Notes under the pieces: model-generated
What the model was told of the DNA's origin: nothing
Database searches by the model: none
Seen by the model: only the letters and a program-made list of their open reading frames with translations
In this document: positions 27,546 through 37,118 of the stretch, in pieces
Position numbering within the stretch: position 1 is the stretch's first letter
How the letters are laid out: every line of letters starts with the position of its first letter
Position numbers and translations under genes: made by a program
Assembly (NCBI GenBank): GCA_965200315.1
Contig: OZ241362.1
Coordinates: forward strand, 1,216,001-1,280,000
Reading direction: 5' to 3'
Length of the DNA: 64,000 nucleotides
Origin: Candidatus Latescibacterota bacterium
GTDB lineage: Bacteria; Latescibacterota; UBA2968; UBA8231

Positions 27546-28649
27546 ACCGCGCCCATCGCAAAGCTCGCGGCGCGTACTACACGCCGCCTGATGTCGCCGC
27601 TGCCCTAGTGAGTTGGGTCGTCCGCGATAGATGCGAACACCTATTAGATCCTTCGTGTGGCGATGGCCGGTTTCTTTCCCTGCATCCCCACAGTACTGGA
27701 GTCGATTGCGATGAGGCGGCGATTGCCGCGGCGGCGCAAGCGGCACCGGAGGCGCGAGTCCACTGCGCGGACTTCTTTGACTGGGCTGCGACTACACCTC
27801 CGCGCTTTGACTGCGCGCTTTGCCAGCGTGGAGTGCTTCGACTTTCGGCCAACGCCTCCTAAGAGCATCGTACAGGTCTCGGTGTCCGAGTGGCAAAGTT
27901 GGCGTTGTCGGCTGCGTCCCATGTTGTTGCCCGAGCGGATTCGCTCTGTGTACCAAGCACTCTTGCACTCGCACGACAGCTTGATACTCGGCGAGTGCGC
28001 CACCGTGGGCATTGGCTACGTCTCGGGGGCCAATGACTTTTTCCACTTGCGACCATCTCAGGCGAAGCACATCGGGGTGCCAGATACGCACCTCCGTCCC
28101 ACTGTCCGCCGGGGACGCGACCTCCAAGGATCGGCGATCACTGCCGAGACGGTCGCTCGCTGGCGCCAGTGCGACGCGCCGCACTTTCTTCTTGCGCTCG
28201 ATGCCCGCGCTCCAGTACCCGAACCCGTCCGCCAACACCTCGACTCGGACGCCGGACGAGCCGTGCGCCAGCGTTACAAGTGCCGCGTTCGCAAGCCATG
28301 GTACGTCGTGCCGAATGTGGTCGTACCAGACCTTTTCTTAACGTATATGAGCAGCGCAATGCCCGTACTGGTGGCCAATCGCGCCGAATGCACCTGCACC
28401 AACACCGTTCACGCCGTCCGACTTTTCGACGGTATTTCCCCCGTCCGGCTCCAGTCCCTCTGGAATACGACACTCACCGAGCTGAGCTGCGAAATTGAGG
28501 GACATCCCCTCGGTGGCGGCGTACTCAAGTTAGAGCCTCGCAAGGCTCTGCGCGTCGTCGTAAGCCGAACGGAACACCTGCCGTCGGCCACCGAAACCAT
28601 CTTGCGTGAAGGCACCGACATTCTTCGCTCATGGCGCCATCATGGCTAG
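27542..28649 (+). pseudogene. N6-adenine DNA methyltransferase with internal deletion and frameshift
   Basis: The N-part has GAYYTP, LDPSCGDGRF and DFF but breaks at 'RFDCA' (~27815), where NPP(F/Y) is expected. The C-part is in another frame (IGYVSGANDFF, YKCRVRKPWY, GHPLGGGVLKLEP). Confidence 0.82.
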
Positions 28650-29523
28650 AGACGAAAAGCGCTGTCAGTGGTTGACGCTCGCACAGGCTCTCAAAGCCTT
28701 TGCGAAACCTAGTGGAAAAACGCAAAGCCAAGCCCACATCAGGCCCCTACACTGGTACGTGGCGTACCGATTGGTTATCGAAGGAGGGTTCCTTCCAGAG
28801 GAAGTCACCCCACGCCCGCCCTTTGAAATTCAGAAACTAGGCAGCCGTGATACGAGGATTCTCCTTACACACAAACCGGGCACGGGCGGGACCGGCGAGT
28901 TGACTATCCTCGGTGGACTGAAGACCAAGGATGTAGATGTCGCCGTGACTAAATCGCAGATCGGTCCTTGTGTCGCCGTCTCGGTCAAGGGCCCCCTCAA
29001 TGCCTTCCGCAATTTGACCAATCGCCTGGAGGAGGCTATCGGCGACTACACGAACCTCCACATTTCGTATCCCAACCTCGTCTATGGCTTTCCGCACGTG
29101 CTACGAGCCAATCGGGAAGGCCCAGATGCGTCCATTCTTCAAGCTGATCGGGAGGGCAAGGTCGCTGCCAATGACATCTCCCTAGGCCCCGACGGCAAGC
29201 CAACGGAGACCATTATCCGCTACCACGATGTGCTGCTGGGCCTAGCTGGTCGCGACGGGATCCGCGACGACATCACGCGCTATGAGTCGCTTGCATTGGC
29301 ACTAATCAGTCCCGATACGCTTTCGATTTTGGACACATGGCCAGAAAGCGACAGCCCGCTGCGAATTGAGCAGTTTTTTGAACGAATCTACCGCAGCTAT
29401 GACCCGCGCTATGTGTTTGCCGCACCCAAACTTGCACGGCGGATGGCCCGAGCGGTTTGGCATCCTGACTCGCCCGCCCTAGCCGAGCCGATTGCCGGGG
29501 AGCTCGCGGTACGCGTCGGCTAA
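28642..29523 (+). CDS. Putative type II restriction endonuclease (PD-(D/E)xK, PaeR7I/XhoI-like)
   Basis: GGLKTKDVDV...AVSVK...FRNLTNRLEEAIGD; overlaps the methylase stop codon. Confidence 0.68.
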   Translation: MARDEKRCQWLTLAQALKAFAKPSGKTQSQAHIRPLHWYVAYRLVIEGGFLPEEVTPRPPFEIQKLGSRDTRILLTHKPGTGGTGELTILGGLKTKDVDVAVTKSQIGPCVAVSVKGPLNAFRNLTNRLEEAIGDYTNLHISYPNLVYGFPHVLRANREGPDASILQADREGKVAANDISLGPDGKPTETIIRYHDVLLGLAGRDGIRDDITRYESLALALISPDTLSILDTWPESDSPLRIEQFFERIYRSYDPRYVFAAPKLARRMARAVWHPDSPALAEPIAGELAVRVG

Positions 29524-29549
29524 GTATAGAAAGGAGACTCGAGTACGCG

Positions 29550-30137
29550 ATGAGAAACCTACTCACCCTCGGCCTTTTGTTCACTCTGCCGCCCCTCGCC
29601 GCAGCCGACATGGAAGGCATGGTATTGATCGACGATGCCTTCCACATCGACATGTACGAGTACCCCAACCAGCGCGGCACCCTGCCCAAAGTCAATGTCA
29701 CTTGGGGCGAAGCGGAATCGCTCTGCGCAGCGCAAGGCAAGCGGCTGTGTACCGAACAGGAATGGCAGAAAGCCTGCTCCGGGCCGCAGAACTTCGCGTA
29801 CTCCTATGGCGAGAATTTCGAGCCGGGACGCTGCAATACGCGCTTTGCCGTCGCTGGGGTCTGGCAGCGCGGGCCGGGCCTAGCACCCAGCGGCGCGTAT
29901 GCGGGCTGCACCAACGCCTACGGGGTCTATGACATGATCGGCAATGCTTGGGAGTGGACCGCATCTTGGTATTCGCGCTCCGATCGCTGGCGGGTCGTGC
30001 GCGGCGGCTCCTTCTTCCACAACGTCAACCTAGCCCGGGCCGACGCCCGCTACGGGCGGTTCCTCGACCCCGACTACCGACTCGATTTAGTGGGTTTCCG
30101 CTGCTGTCTCTCGGCGGCTCCACCCCAAACGCCGTAA
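29550..30137 (+). CDS. FGE-sulfatase (SUMF1/EgtB/PvdO) domain secreted protein
   Basis: IDMYEYPN, KRLCTEQEWQKAC, DMIGNAWEW, VRGGS, GFRCC. Confidence 0.88.
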   Translation: MRNLLTLGLLFTLPPLAAADMEGMVLIDDAFHIDMYEYPNQRGTLPKVNVTWGEAESLCAAQGKRLCTEQEWQKACSGPQNFAYSYGENFEPGRCNTRFAVAGVWQRGPGLAPSGAYAGCTNAYGVYDMIGNAWEWTASWYSRSDRWRVVRGGSFFHNVNLARADARYGRFLDPDYRLDLVGFRCCLSAAPPQTP

Positions 30138-30143
30138 CGCGCC

Positions 30144-30704
30144 ATGGCCATTCGCAAAGTGTCGCGGATGGGACATCCGGTGCTGCGCCAACGCGCCGCC
30201 GAGATCGCCCCTGCCCAGATGCAAAGCCCCCCGATGCAGTGCTTAATCGACGACATGATCGAGACCATGATCGACTACGAGGGCATTGGCTTGGCTGCGC
30301 CGCAAGTGTTTGAACCCCTGAGGCTGATCGTCCTGGGCGACCCTGCGGCTGAGCTCAGGTCGAAGCCCGCAGCCGCCCCCCAAGACGAGGCCACCATCCC
30401 GCTGACCGTGCTCTTCAATCCGCAGTTTACCGCCCAGTCGCCGGAGTGCCTAGATGCTTGGGAAGGCTGCTTGAGCATCCCCCAATTGCGCGGCGTCGTC
30501 CCGCGATCGGCCGCCGTTGAGGTCCGGGGCTACGACCGCACGGGGCGGGCGGTGGAGCTGGAAGCAGAAGGGCTTTTCGCTCGCGTCCTCCAGCACGAAA
30601 TCGACCATCTCGACGGCGTGCTCTTCCCAGACCGCATGGCCGATCTACAGACCCTTACTTTCCTAGAAGAATACCAGCGCTATTGGCTCGAGGCCGAAGC
30701 GTGA
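30144..30704 (+). CDS. def: Peptide deformylase
   Basis: GIGLAAPQ, EGCLS, QHEIDHLDG. Confidence 0.95.
   Translation: MAIRKVSRMGHPVLRQRAAEIAPAQMQSPPMQCLIDDMIETMIDYEGIGLAAPQVFEPLRLIVLGDPAAELRSKPAAAPQDEATIPLTVLFNPQFTAQSPECLDAWEGCLSIPQLRGVVPRSAAVEVRGYDRTGRAVELEAEGLFARVLQHEIDHLDGVLFPDRMADLQTLTFLEEYQRYWLEAEA
30344..30367 (+). repeat. 24-bp palindromic element inserted in frame in def
   Basis: TGCGGCTGAGCTCAGGTCGAAGCC; 22/24 identical to the reverse complement of 52823-52846. Confidence 0.8.
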
Positions 30705-30782
30705 GGCCGCCAGACCGACTTGACAACCGCCTCAGACCTCGTACTATGTTTTCGTTCAATCCCAATCCACTCAGATAGACTC

Positions 30783-33700
30783 ATGGATCCCCGCTTCTCA
30801 CTTGAACAAGGCACGGGCATTTACACTGGCAACGAGCTAATCGTTAAAGGTGCCTTAGAAAGCCAAGTCGGCGTCATTACCGGGTACCCCGGCTCGCCCT
30901 TGGCCGAGCTTTTCGAGACCCTTGAAAACAACAAGGAGCTCTTTAACGAACACGGCATCGTCGCGCAGATCGCCAACAACGAAGCACTCGCCGCCGCTCG
31001 TCTCAATGGCTCGCAGATGGAAGGCATTCGCGCCTTGGCCGTGATGAAGAGCGTCGGCCTGCACGTAGCGGCTGACGGGTTGGCGCTCGGCAACATGGTC
31101 GGAGCCTCACCCAACGGGGGGGTCCTAATCGCCGTGGGCGACGACACTTGGTCGGAAGGGACCCAAGTACCGGCTGACTCGCGCTTTTTGTCTCAACATC
31201 TCTACATCCCAGTCCTCGAACCCGCGACCTTTCAGGAGATCAAGGACTGGGTTGGGCAGGGCTTTGAACTGTCGCGGCACTCGCGTCTTTATCTGACCTA
31301 TCTGGTCACCTCCAACCAAGCCGACGGCGGCGGCAGCGTCGCGGTCTATCCCAACCGCTTTGCCACCCTCAATCGCAAGCAGCGCATCGCGCTAGATACC
31401 AGCACTATTTGCTCTGACGAGCGCGTCATCATCCCGCCGGCCACCGCGCACAAAGAGCGCGAAGTCATCTACCAGCGCTATCCCCTCCTGTGGCAGCTAG
31501 CGCGGGAGGCGGGCATCAACCAAATCCTCTATCCGCCGAGCGCCGGCCCCAAGCCGCTGGGCTTTATCACCTCTGGCTTGGCGTATAGCTATCTCGAACA
31601 CGCCTTGCACATCCTCGGGCTGACCGGGCACTTTCCCGTCCTCAAGCTGGGCATTACTTACCCGGTTGATCCCCACATGATCGCGCGCTTTGCCGATTGC
31701 GCACATACCTTCTGCGTGGTCGAGGAAAAGCGACCCTTTATTGAGCCGCAGATCGCCGCTGAGTTGGCGCGGCAAAAAGACCTCGGCCCCGCGCTGTGGG
31801 GCAAGCGCTTCCCGGGCAATACCCCGGGCTTTCCCGATATCCAGGGCCTGCACCCCTCGCTCATCGTCCAAGCCCTATCTCGCCTCTTCGTTGCGCTGGA
31901 CGCCGAGCTACCCATCGACCGCGAGAAACTACAGGCCGAACTCAACACCTTAGCACCTGTGAACTCCACCACGGCCGTGCCACCGCGCTCGCCTTCCTTC
32001 TGCCCGGGGTGCCCGCACCGCGACTCGGCCAGCGTCCTCAAAAAAGCCGCAGCCGACTTGGCCACGCCGTCTGAGGGCCAAGCCCCGGTAGATTTGGTCT
32101 TCCACGGCGACATTGGCTGCTATTCCATGCTCAAATACGCGCCGTTTTCCGAGCTGATGCACAATCTTTCCGGTATGGGCTTGGGCGGCGGCACCGGCGC
32201 GGGCATCGATCCCTTCATCGACAACAAACAGGTCGTCTTCATGGGGGATTCGACTTTTTTTCACACCGGCATGATTGCCATCTCCGACTCCATCAAAAAC
32301 GGCCAAGACATTACCTACATCATCCTCGACAACAAGACCACCGCCATGACCGGGCATCAGCCCACGCCAGGCGTGGACGTCGATGTGTTGGGTAAACCGA
32401 CCTTTGCCCAAGACATCGAAAAAGCCGTCGCCGGCCTAGCGGGCGACTCGCCGACCTTTATCGCCCGCATGGATCCATCCCAACGCCAAAATTACGACGC
32501 CCTCGTCCGCAAAACCTTACTCCGCGACGGGGTCAAAATCATCATCGCCGACAAGGAATGCGGCATTACCTACCACCGCCGCGAGCGGGCGCACCAGCGT
32601 ACGGTCGCCAAAGAACAGGGCTTCCTGCCGGTCGAAAAGCACATCAACATCAGCGAAGAAGTCTGCGAGTACTGCCTCGAATGCACCCAAGCCACCGGCT
32701 GTAGCGGCCTGACGGTCGCGGCCGACACCGAGTACGGCCCCAAGATTGCCATTGACCCTTCCTCTTGCGTTGCCGACGAAGCTTGCACCCGAGTCGAGGT
32801 CGGCGATGGCGACAAAACCTGTCCTTCCTTTGAAGAGATTGCCGTCCATCGCAAAGCCCCTCCCACCGTCTCGACCCCGCCCATTGACGCCAGCGAGTTG
32901 CCCGCGCCCCAACGCCGCCCTCTAACCGACATCTGGTACACCTATATAGCCGGGGTCGGCGGCATGGGCGTCAACGTGGTGGCCTCCGTGCTGGCCCAAG
33001 CCGGGGTGCGGCAGGGCTACGAAGTGCGGCTGACCAACAAGAAGGGGCTGGCCATCCGCAACGGCTCGGTCTATTCGCATTTGAGCTACGCGCCCAAGGG
33101 CACCCCGGTTTCCCCGCTAATTCCCTGCGGCAAGGCCGACTTGCTCCTCGGGCTCGACGTACTCGAAGCGGCGCGGGGCCTCGAACCCCAAGGCCGCTAC
33201 CGCATCGCCCACTCAGAGCGCACCGCCGCCATCGTCAACACCGCCAAGACCCCCACGATCGAGACCCTCATCGGCCAAGCGGACTTCTCGGCCGAAGCCC
33301 AAGCCGACCTCATCCGCCAACACACTCGTCCAGACGAGCACTTTGGCGCGAATCTCTTCGGCATATGCGAGCACTACTTGGGCAACAAACTCTACGCCAA
33401 CATCATGATGCTTGGCGTAGCCTTCCAGCGCGGGTTGCTCTCTCTAGAGCTAGACACCTTGCTCTGGGCCATAGGCCAAGCCGTGCGCCGCGACCTAGAG
33501 ACGAACCTAAAAGCCTTTAACATGGGCCGATACCTAGCGCTGGATCCAAACCATTTTCCGCTCGAAGAAAAATCACTTAGCTACCCCGAGCTCGTCGCCG
33601 ACAAAACCGCGCTGCTGGCCAAAAAGAAGGGCAAGCGCGTCGCGGCGGCCTACCGAGACCGCATCCGCGATACGCCCGTCGCCACAGCGCGGCGGCACTT

Positions 33701-34337
33701 CGCGCTGCGAGTGTACGACCTGATCCAATACGAAAACCTCGATTATGCTGACCGCTATATCCACCAAGTGCTTGCCGTGCAGGCCAAAGACGGGGCCGAG
33801 TTCGATTTCGCAGCCACCCGCACGGTCATCTATCAGCTCGCCAAAGTCCTCGCCATCAAGGACGAAATCTACGTGGCCTATCTCCTCACCTGCGAGGAAA
33901 AGTACCGCCGCGACCACATCCGCTACAACATCGACCCCAGCCGCGGCGACCGCATCCGCTATCGCCACCTGAACCGGCCGCATCTGCGCTTTTTGGGCCG
34001 CGACTTCCGCCCGGATCTCAAGCTAGGCGACAGGTCGCTGAAATGGGTCGCCCGCATGAAGTTCCTCCGCCGGCTCTGCTCCTCGTGGTGGCACCGCGAA
34101 GAGCGCGACTTCGCCGCTTGGTACGAAAACCTGATCGCCGATTTTTCCCCGCGCTCCGCAGACGAGTACCACACTTGGGTGCAAGTCCTGTCCCTGCCCG
34201 AGGAGGTGAGCGGCTACCGCGGCGTCCGGCAGCCCAAAATGGCGGCAGCCAAAAAGCGGGCCGATGAGTTGCTAGCCGGCCGCGATACCGCCCCGGACCC
34301 GGCGCTGTTGCAGATTTCCGCATCCACTGGAAGCTGA
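30783..34337 (+). CDS. Indolepyruvate:ferredoxin oxidoreductase family protein (fused alpha/beta)
   Basis: TGYPGSP, FCPGCPHR, GDIGC, MGDSTFFH.G, TAMTGHQ, ferredoxin-like Cys cluster, AGVGGMG. Confidence 0.88.
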   Translation: MDPRFSLEQGTGIYTGNELIVKGALESQVGVITGYPGSPLAELFETLENNKELFNEHGIVAQIANNEALAAARLNGSQMEGIRALAVMKSVGLHVAADGLALGNMVGASPNGGVLIAVGDDTWSEGTQVPADSRFLSQHLYIPVLEPATFQEIKDWVGQGFELSRHSRLYLTYLVTSNQADGGGSVAVYPNRFATLNRKQRIALDTSTICSDERVIIPPATAHKEREVIYQRYPLLWQLAREAGINQILYPPSAGPKPLGFITSGLAYSYLEHALHILGLTGHFPVLKLGITYPVDPHMIARFADCAHTFCVVEEKRPFIEPQIAAELARQKDLGPALWGKRFPGNTPGFPDIQGLHPSLIVQALSRLFVALDAELPIDREKLQAELNTLAPVNSTTAVPPRSPSFCPGCPHRDSASVLKKAAADLATPSEGQAPVDLVFHGDIGCYSMLKYAPFSELMHNLSGMGLGGGTGAGIDPFIDNKQVVFMGDSTFFHTGMIAISDSIKNGQDITYIILDNKTTAMTGHQPTPGVDVDVLGKPTFAQDIEKAVAGLAGDSPTFIARMDPSQRQNYDALVRKTLLRDGVKIIIADKECGITYHRRERAHQRTVAKEQGFLPVEKHINISEEVCEYCLECTQATGCSGLTVAADTEYGPKIAIDPSSCVADEACTRVEVGDGDKTCPSFEEIAVHRKAPPTVSTPPIDASELPAPQRRPLTDIWYTYIAGVGGMGVNVVASVLAQAGVRQGYEVRLTNKKGLAIRNGSVYSHLSYAPKGTPVSPLIPCGKADLLLGLDVLEAARGLEPQGRYRIAHSERTAAIVNTAKTPTIETLIGQADFSAEAQADLIRQHTRPDEHFGANLFGICEHYLGNKLYANIMMLGVAFQRGLLSLELDTLLWAIGQAVRRDLETNLKAFNMGRYLALDPNHFPLEEKSLSYPELVADKTALLAKKKGKRVAAAYRDRIRDTPVATARRHFALRVYDLIQYENLDYADRYIHQVLAVQAKDGAEFDFAATRTVIYQLAKVLAIKDEIYVAYLLTCEEKYRRDHIRYNIDPSRGDRIRYRHLNRPHLRFLGRDFRPDLKLGDRSLKWVARMKFLRRLCSSWWHREERDFAAWYENLIADFSPRSADEYHTWVQVLSLPEEVSGYRGVRQPKMAAAKKRADELLAGRDTAPDPALLQISASTGS

Positions 34338-34341
34338 CCTC

Positions 34342-34809
34342 GTGATTCGCCCCTATCGCCCAGCGGACTTGCCCGCGCTCAAGCACATCACGGCCGTCTG
34401 CTTCCCTAGCGTATCCATCGACCACAACATCGAGCAGCGCTTCGGGCTAATCGGCGGGCGCGACTGGCAATTTCGCAAGCTGCGCCACATTGACGACGAT
34501 GTGGCCGGAGAGCGGGCCAGTGGCGTCTTTGTGTGGGAGGAAGACGGCGAGGTCGTCGGCTACATCACCACTCGCATCGACCGCGAGAGCAAAATCGGCG
34601 GGGTCCCCAACCTCGCCGTCCTGCCACACTGCCAGGGCAAAGGCATGGGCCGCCAGCTCCTAGAACACGGCTTAGCGCACCTGCGCGCCGCTGGCATGGA
34701 GTGCGCCAAGATCGAGACGCTGGCGCAAAACCCCATCGGCGCACACCTGTATCCCAGCCTCGGCTTTGAGGAAGTCGCCCGCCAGATCCACTATTGCACC
34801 CGCCTCTAA
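34342..34809 (+). CDS. GNAT family N-acetyltransferase
   Basis: LAVLPHCQGKGMG acetyl-CoA motif; LYPSLGF. Confidence 0.88.
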   Translation: MIRPYRPADLPALKHITAVCFPSVSIDHNIEQRFGLIGGRDWQFRKLRHIDDDVAGERASGVFVWEEDGEVVGYITTRIDRESKIGGVPNLAVLPHCQGKGMGRQLLEHGLAHLRAAGMECAKIETLAQNPIGAHLYPSLGFEEVARQIHYCTRL

Positions 34810-34821
34810 GTTGGTAGTGCC

Positions 34822-35502
34822 ATGACGCCGAAAGAAGCCGCTGGCCGCCGTGCCGCCGAGTACATTGAAGCTGGTATGATCGTGGGCTTGGGCACTGGCT
34901 CGACTACTGAATGGGCCATCCGCGCCCTCGGAGAACGCGTCGCGGCCGGGCTAGCGGTTAAGGCCATCCCCACCTCGGAAGCCACGGCCACCTTGGCCCG
35001 CTCCCTCGACATTGAACTGACGACGCTCGCCGAGGTGTCCAGCGTCGATTTGACCATTGACGGGGCCGACGAGATAGATCCCAACATCGACTTAATCAAG
35101 GGCCTAGGCGGCGCGCTCTTGCGCGAGAAAGTCGTCGCCTCCATCACCGCGCATCAAATCATTGTCGCCGATCCATCCAAGCTAGTTGACCAGCTCGGCA
35201 CCAAGGCCCCGCTGCCGGTCGAAGTCGTCCCTTGGTCTCATCCCCTGATCGCGCGGTGCCTCCAAGAGCGGGGCCTCGCCCCAGCCTTGCGCTTGCGCGC
35301 CCCAGACATCCCGTATGTCACCGACAACGGCAACTTTGTCATCGACGCTCGCTTTCCCGAGGGGATCGACGACGCCCGCACCACCGAGCGCTGGCTCAAC
35401 GCCTTGCCCGGGGTCGTGGAAAATGGGCTTTTCCTCGCAATGACCCATCTCGTGATCGTCGGCCAAGACGACGGCTCCTGCCACCTGCTCAACAAAAGCT
35501 GA
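34822..35502 (+). CDS. rpiA: Ribose-5-phosphate isomerase A
   Basis: GLGTGST, DGADE, IKGLGGALLREK, TDNGN, GVVENGLF. Confidence 0.95.
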   Translation: MTPKEAAGRRAAEYIEAGMIVGLGTGSTTEWAIRALGERVAAGLAVKAIPTSEATATLARSLDIELTTLAEVSSVDLTIDGADEIDPNIDLIKGLGGALLREKVVASITAHQIIVADPSKLVDQLGTKAPLPVEVVPWSHPLIARCLQERGLAPALRLRAPDIPYVTDNGNFVIDARFPEGIDDARTTERWLNALPGVVENGLFLAMTHLVIVGQDDGSCHLLNKS

Positions 35503-35509
35503 GGTTCCC

Positions 35510-36634
35510 ATGCAACATTCCGCCCCACGCTCGCGCCGCTCCTTTCTGCAAAGCGCACCGCTACTGGCGGCCGGCAGCTTGGCCGCCTGTGGCCAAGCCG
35601 AACAGCAAGCGGCCCCCGCGGTCCAATCCCAACAGCGCTTCAAGTGGAAGATGGTCACCACGTGGCCCAAGGACTTTCCAGCCTTGGGCACCGGGGCAAA
35701 CAATCTCGCCCGCAGCATTGCGGCCCTGTCCGATGGACGCCTGCAAGTCAAGGTGTACGGTGCCGGGGAGTTGGTGCCGGCCTCGGGCGTATTCGACGCG
35801 GTCTCCGGCGGCACGGCCGAGATGGGCCACGGAGCCGCTTACTACTGGAAGGGCAAGCACGAGGCGACCCAGTTTTTCTCGGCCGTCCCCTTTGGGCTAA
35901 ACGCGGCCGAGATCAACGGCTGGCTGCGCTATGGCGGCGGCCAGAGCCTGTGGGACGAACTCTACGCCCCCTTCAACCTCCGTGCCTTTCCCGTCGGCAA
36001 CACCGGTGTGCAGATGGGCGGTTGGTTCAACCGGGAAATCAACACCCTAGCCGACTTCTCTGGTTTGGTCATGCGGATGCCGGGCTTGGGCGGCGAGGTC
36101 TTGCGCCGCCTCAAAGTCACGGTCAAAGCCCTGCCCGGCGGCGAGATTTTCCAAGCCCTCAAGACCGGCGCCATCGACGCCACTGAATGGGTCGGCCCGT
36201 ACAACGATCTCGCCTTTGGGCTACACCAAGCCGCCCAATACTACTACTGGCCGGGCTGGCACGAGCCGGGAACCGCGCTAGAGTGCATGGTCAACAAACA
36301 AGCCTTGGAGGCCCTTCCCGCAGACCTCCAAGCCGTCGTCGCATACGCCTGCCAAGCAGCCAACGACGACATGCTCAGCGAATTTACCGCGCGCAACAGC
36401 CACGCCCTCAAGACCTTGGTTGACGAACACGGCGTCCAACTTCGGCGTTTTCCCGACGAACTCTTGGCGCAAATCGGCAAAGTATCCGCTGAAGTAGTCG
36501 CCGAGATCGCGGGCCAAGACCCCCTTTCCAGCCGGGTCTATAGCTCGTTTGACGCCTTCCGCAAAAACACTATCGCGTACACGCGCATCTCCGAGCAAGC
36601 CTATACCGAGGCCCGCGCCCTGACCTTTGGCTGA
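35510..36634 (+). CDS. dctP: TRAP transporter substrate-binding protein (TakP-like), Tat/lipoprotein signal
   Basis: SRRSFL signal, LAAC, WKMVTTWP, GNTGVQMGGW, IDATEWVGP. Confidence 0.9.
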   Translation: MQHSAPRSRRSFLQSAPLLAAGSLAACGQAEQQAAPAVQSQQRFKWKMVTTWPKDFPALGTGANNLARSIAALSDGRLQVKVYGAGELVPASGVFDAVSGGTAEMGHGAAYYWKGKHEATQFFSAVPFGLNAAEINGWLRYGGGQSLWDELYAPFNLRAFPVGNTGVQMGGWFNREINTLADFSGLVMRMPGLGGEVLRRLKVTVKALPGGEIFQALKTGAIDATEWVGPYNDLAFGLHQAAQYYYWPGWHEPGTALECMVNKQALEALPADLQAVVAYACQAANDDMLSEFTARNSHALKTLVDEHGVQLRRFPDELLAQIGKVSAEVVAEIAGQDPLSSRVYSSFDAFRKNTIAYTRISEQAYTEARALTFG

Positions 36635-37118
36635 CGCTCGCATGGAACGTCTCAACCGCTTCATCGCCCACACCGTACCTTGGCTGACGCTGGGCATGGT
36701 CTTGGTGACTTTTATCGTCGTGGTCTTGCGCTACCTCTTTGGGCGCGGCTGGGTCTGGATGCAGGAAATAGCCCTGTACATGCACGCCTTTACCTTCCTC
36801 CTCGCGGCCAGCTACACCCTCGCGCACGACGAGCACGTCCGCGTCGATATCCTCTACCGGCCCTTGGGCGTCCGGCGCAAGGCCCTAGTCAATCTCTTGG
36901 GCTGCGCGCTGCTGCTGATTCCCTGCTGCGCGCTGCTGTTCTACCAGTCGCTGCCCTTTGTCGCCGACTCTTGGGCCGTGCTCGAAGGCTCCCAAGACGG
37001 CGGCGGCTTGGAGGCGGTCTATCTGCTCAAAACCGCCATTCCCCTGTGCTTCGCGCTGCTGTTTTTGCAAGCCCTAGCCATCATTCACCACAGCGTACAA
37101 ACCCTTCGCACCCAATGA
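36627..37118 (+). CDS. dctQ: TRAP transporter small permease
   Basis: Four TM segments; HVRVDILY. Confidence 0.9.
   Translation: MADARMERLNRFIAHTVPWLTLGMVLVTFIVVVLRYLFGRGWVWMQEIALYMHAFTFLLAASYTLAHDEHVRVDILYRPLGVRRKALVNLLGCALLLIPCCALLFYQSLPFVADSWAVLEGSQDGGGLEAVYLLKTAIPLCFALLFLQALAIIHHSVQTLRTQ

Noticed and set aside
29550-30137. FGE-sulfatase (C-type lectin fold) gene as a DGR target
   Set aside because: No reverse transcriptase and no template repeat with adenine-specific mismatches were seen in the window.
36680-37114. 609-aa DctM start; likewise the extended starts at 24076, 42474 and 58245
   Set aside because: The extensions overlap real neighbouring genes or lack an RBS; downstream starts with an RBS fit the families.
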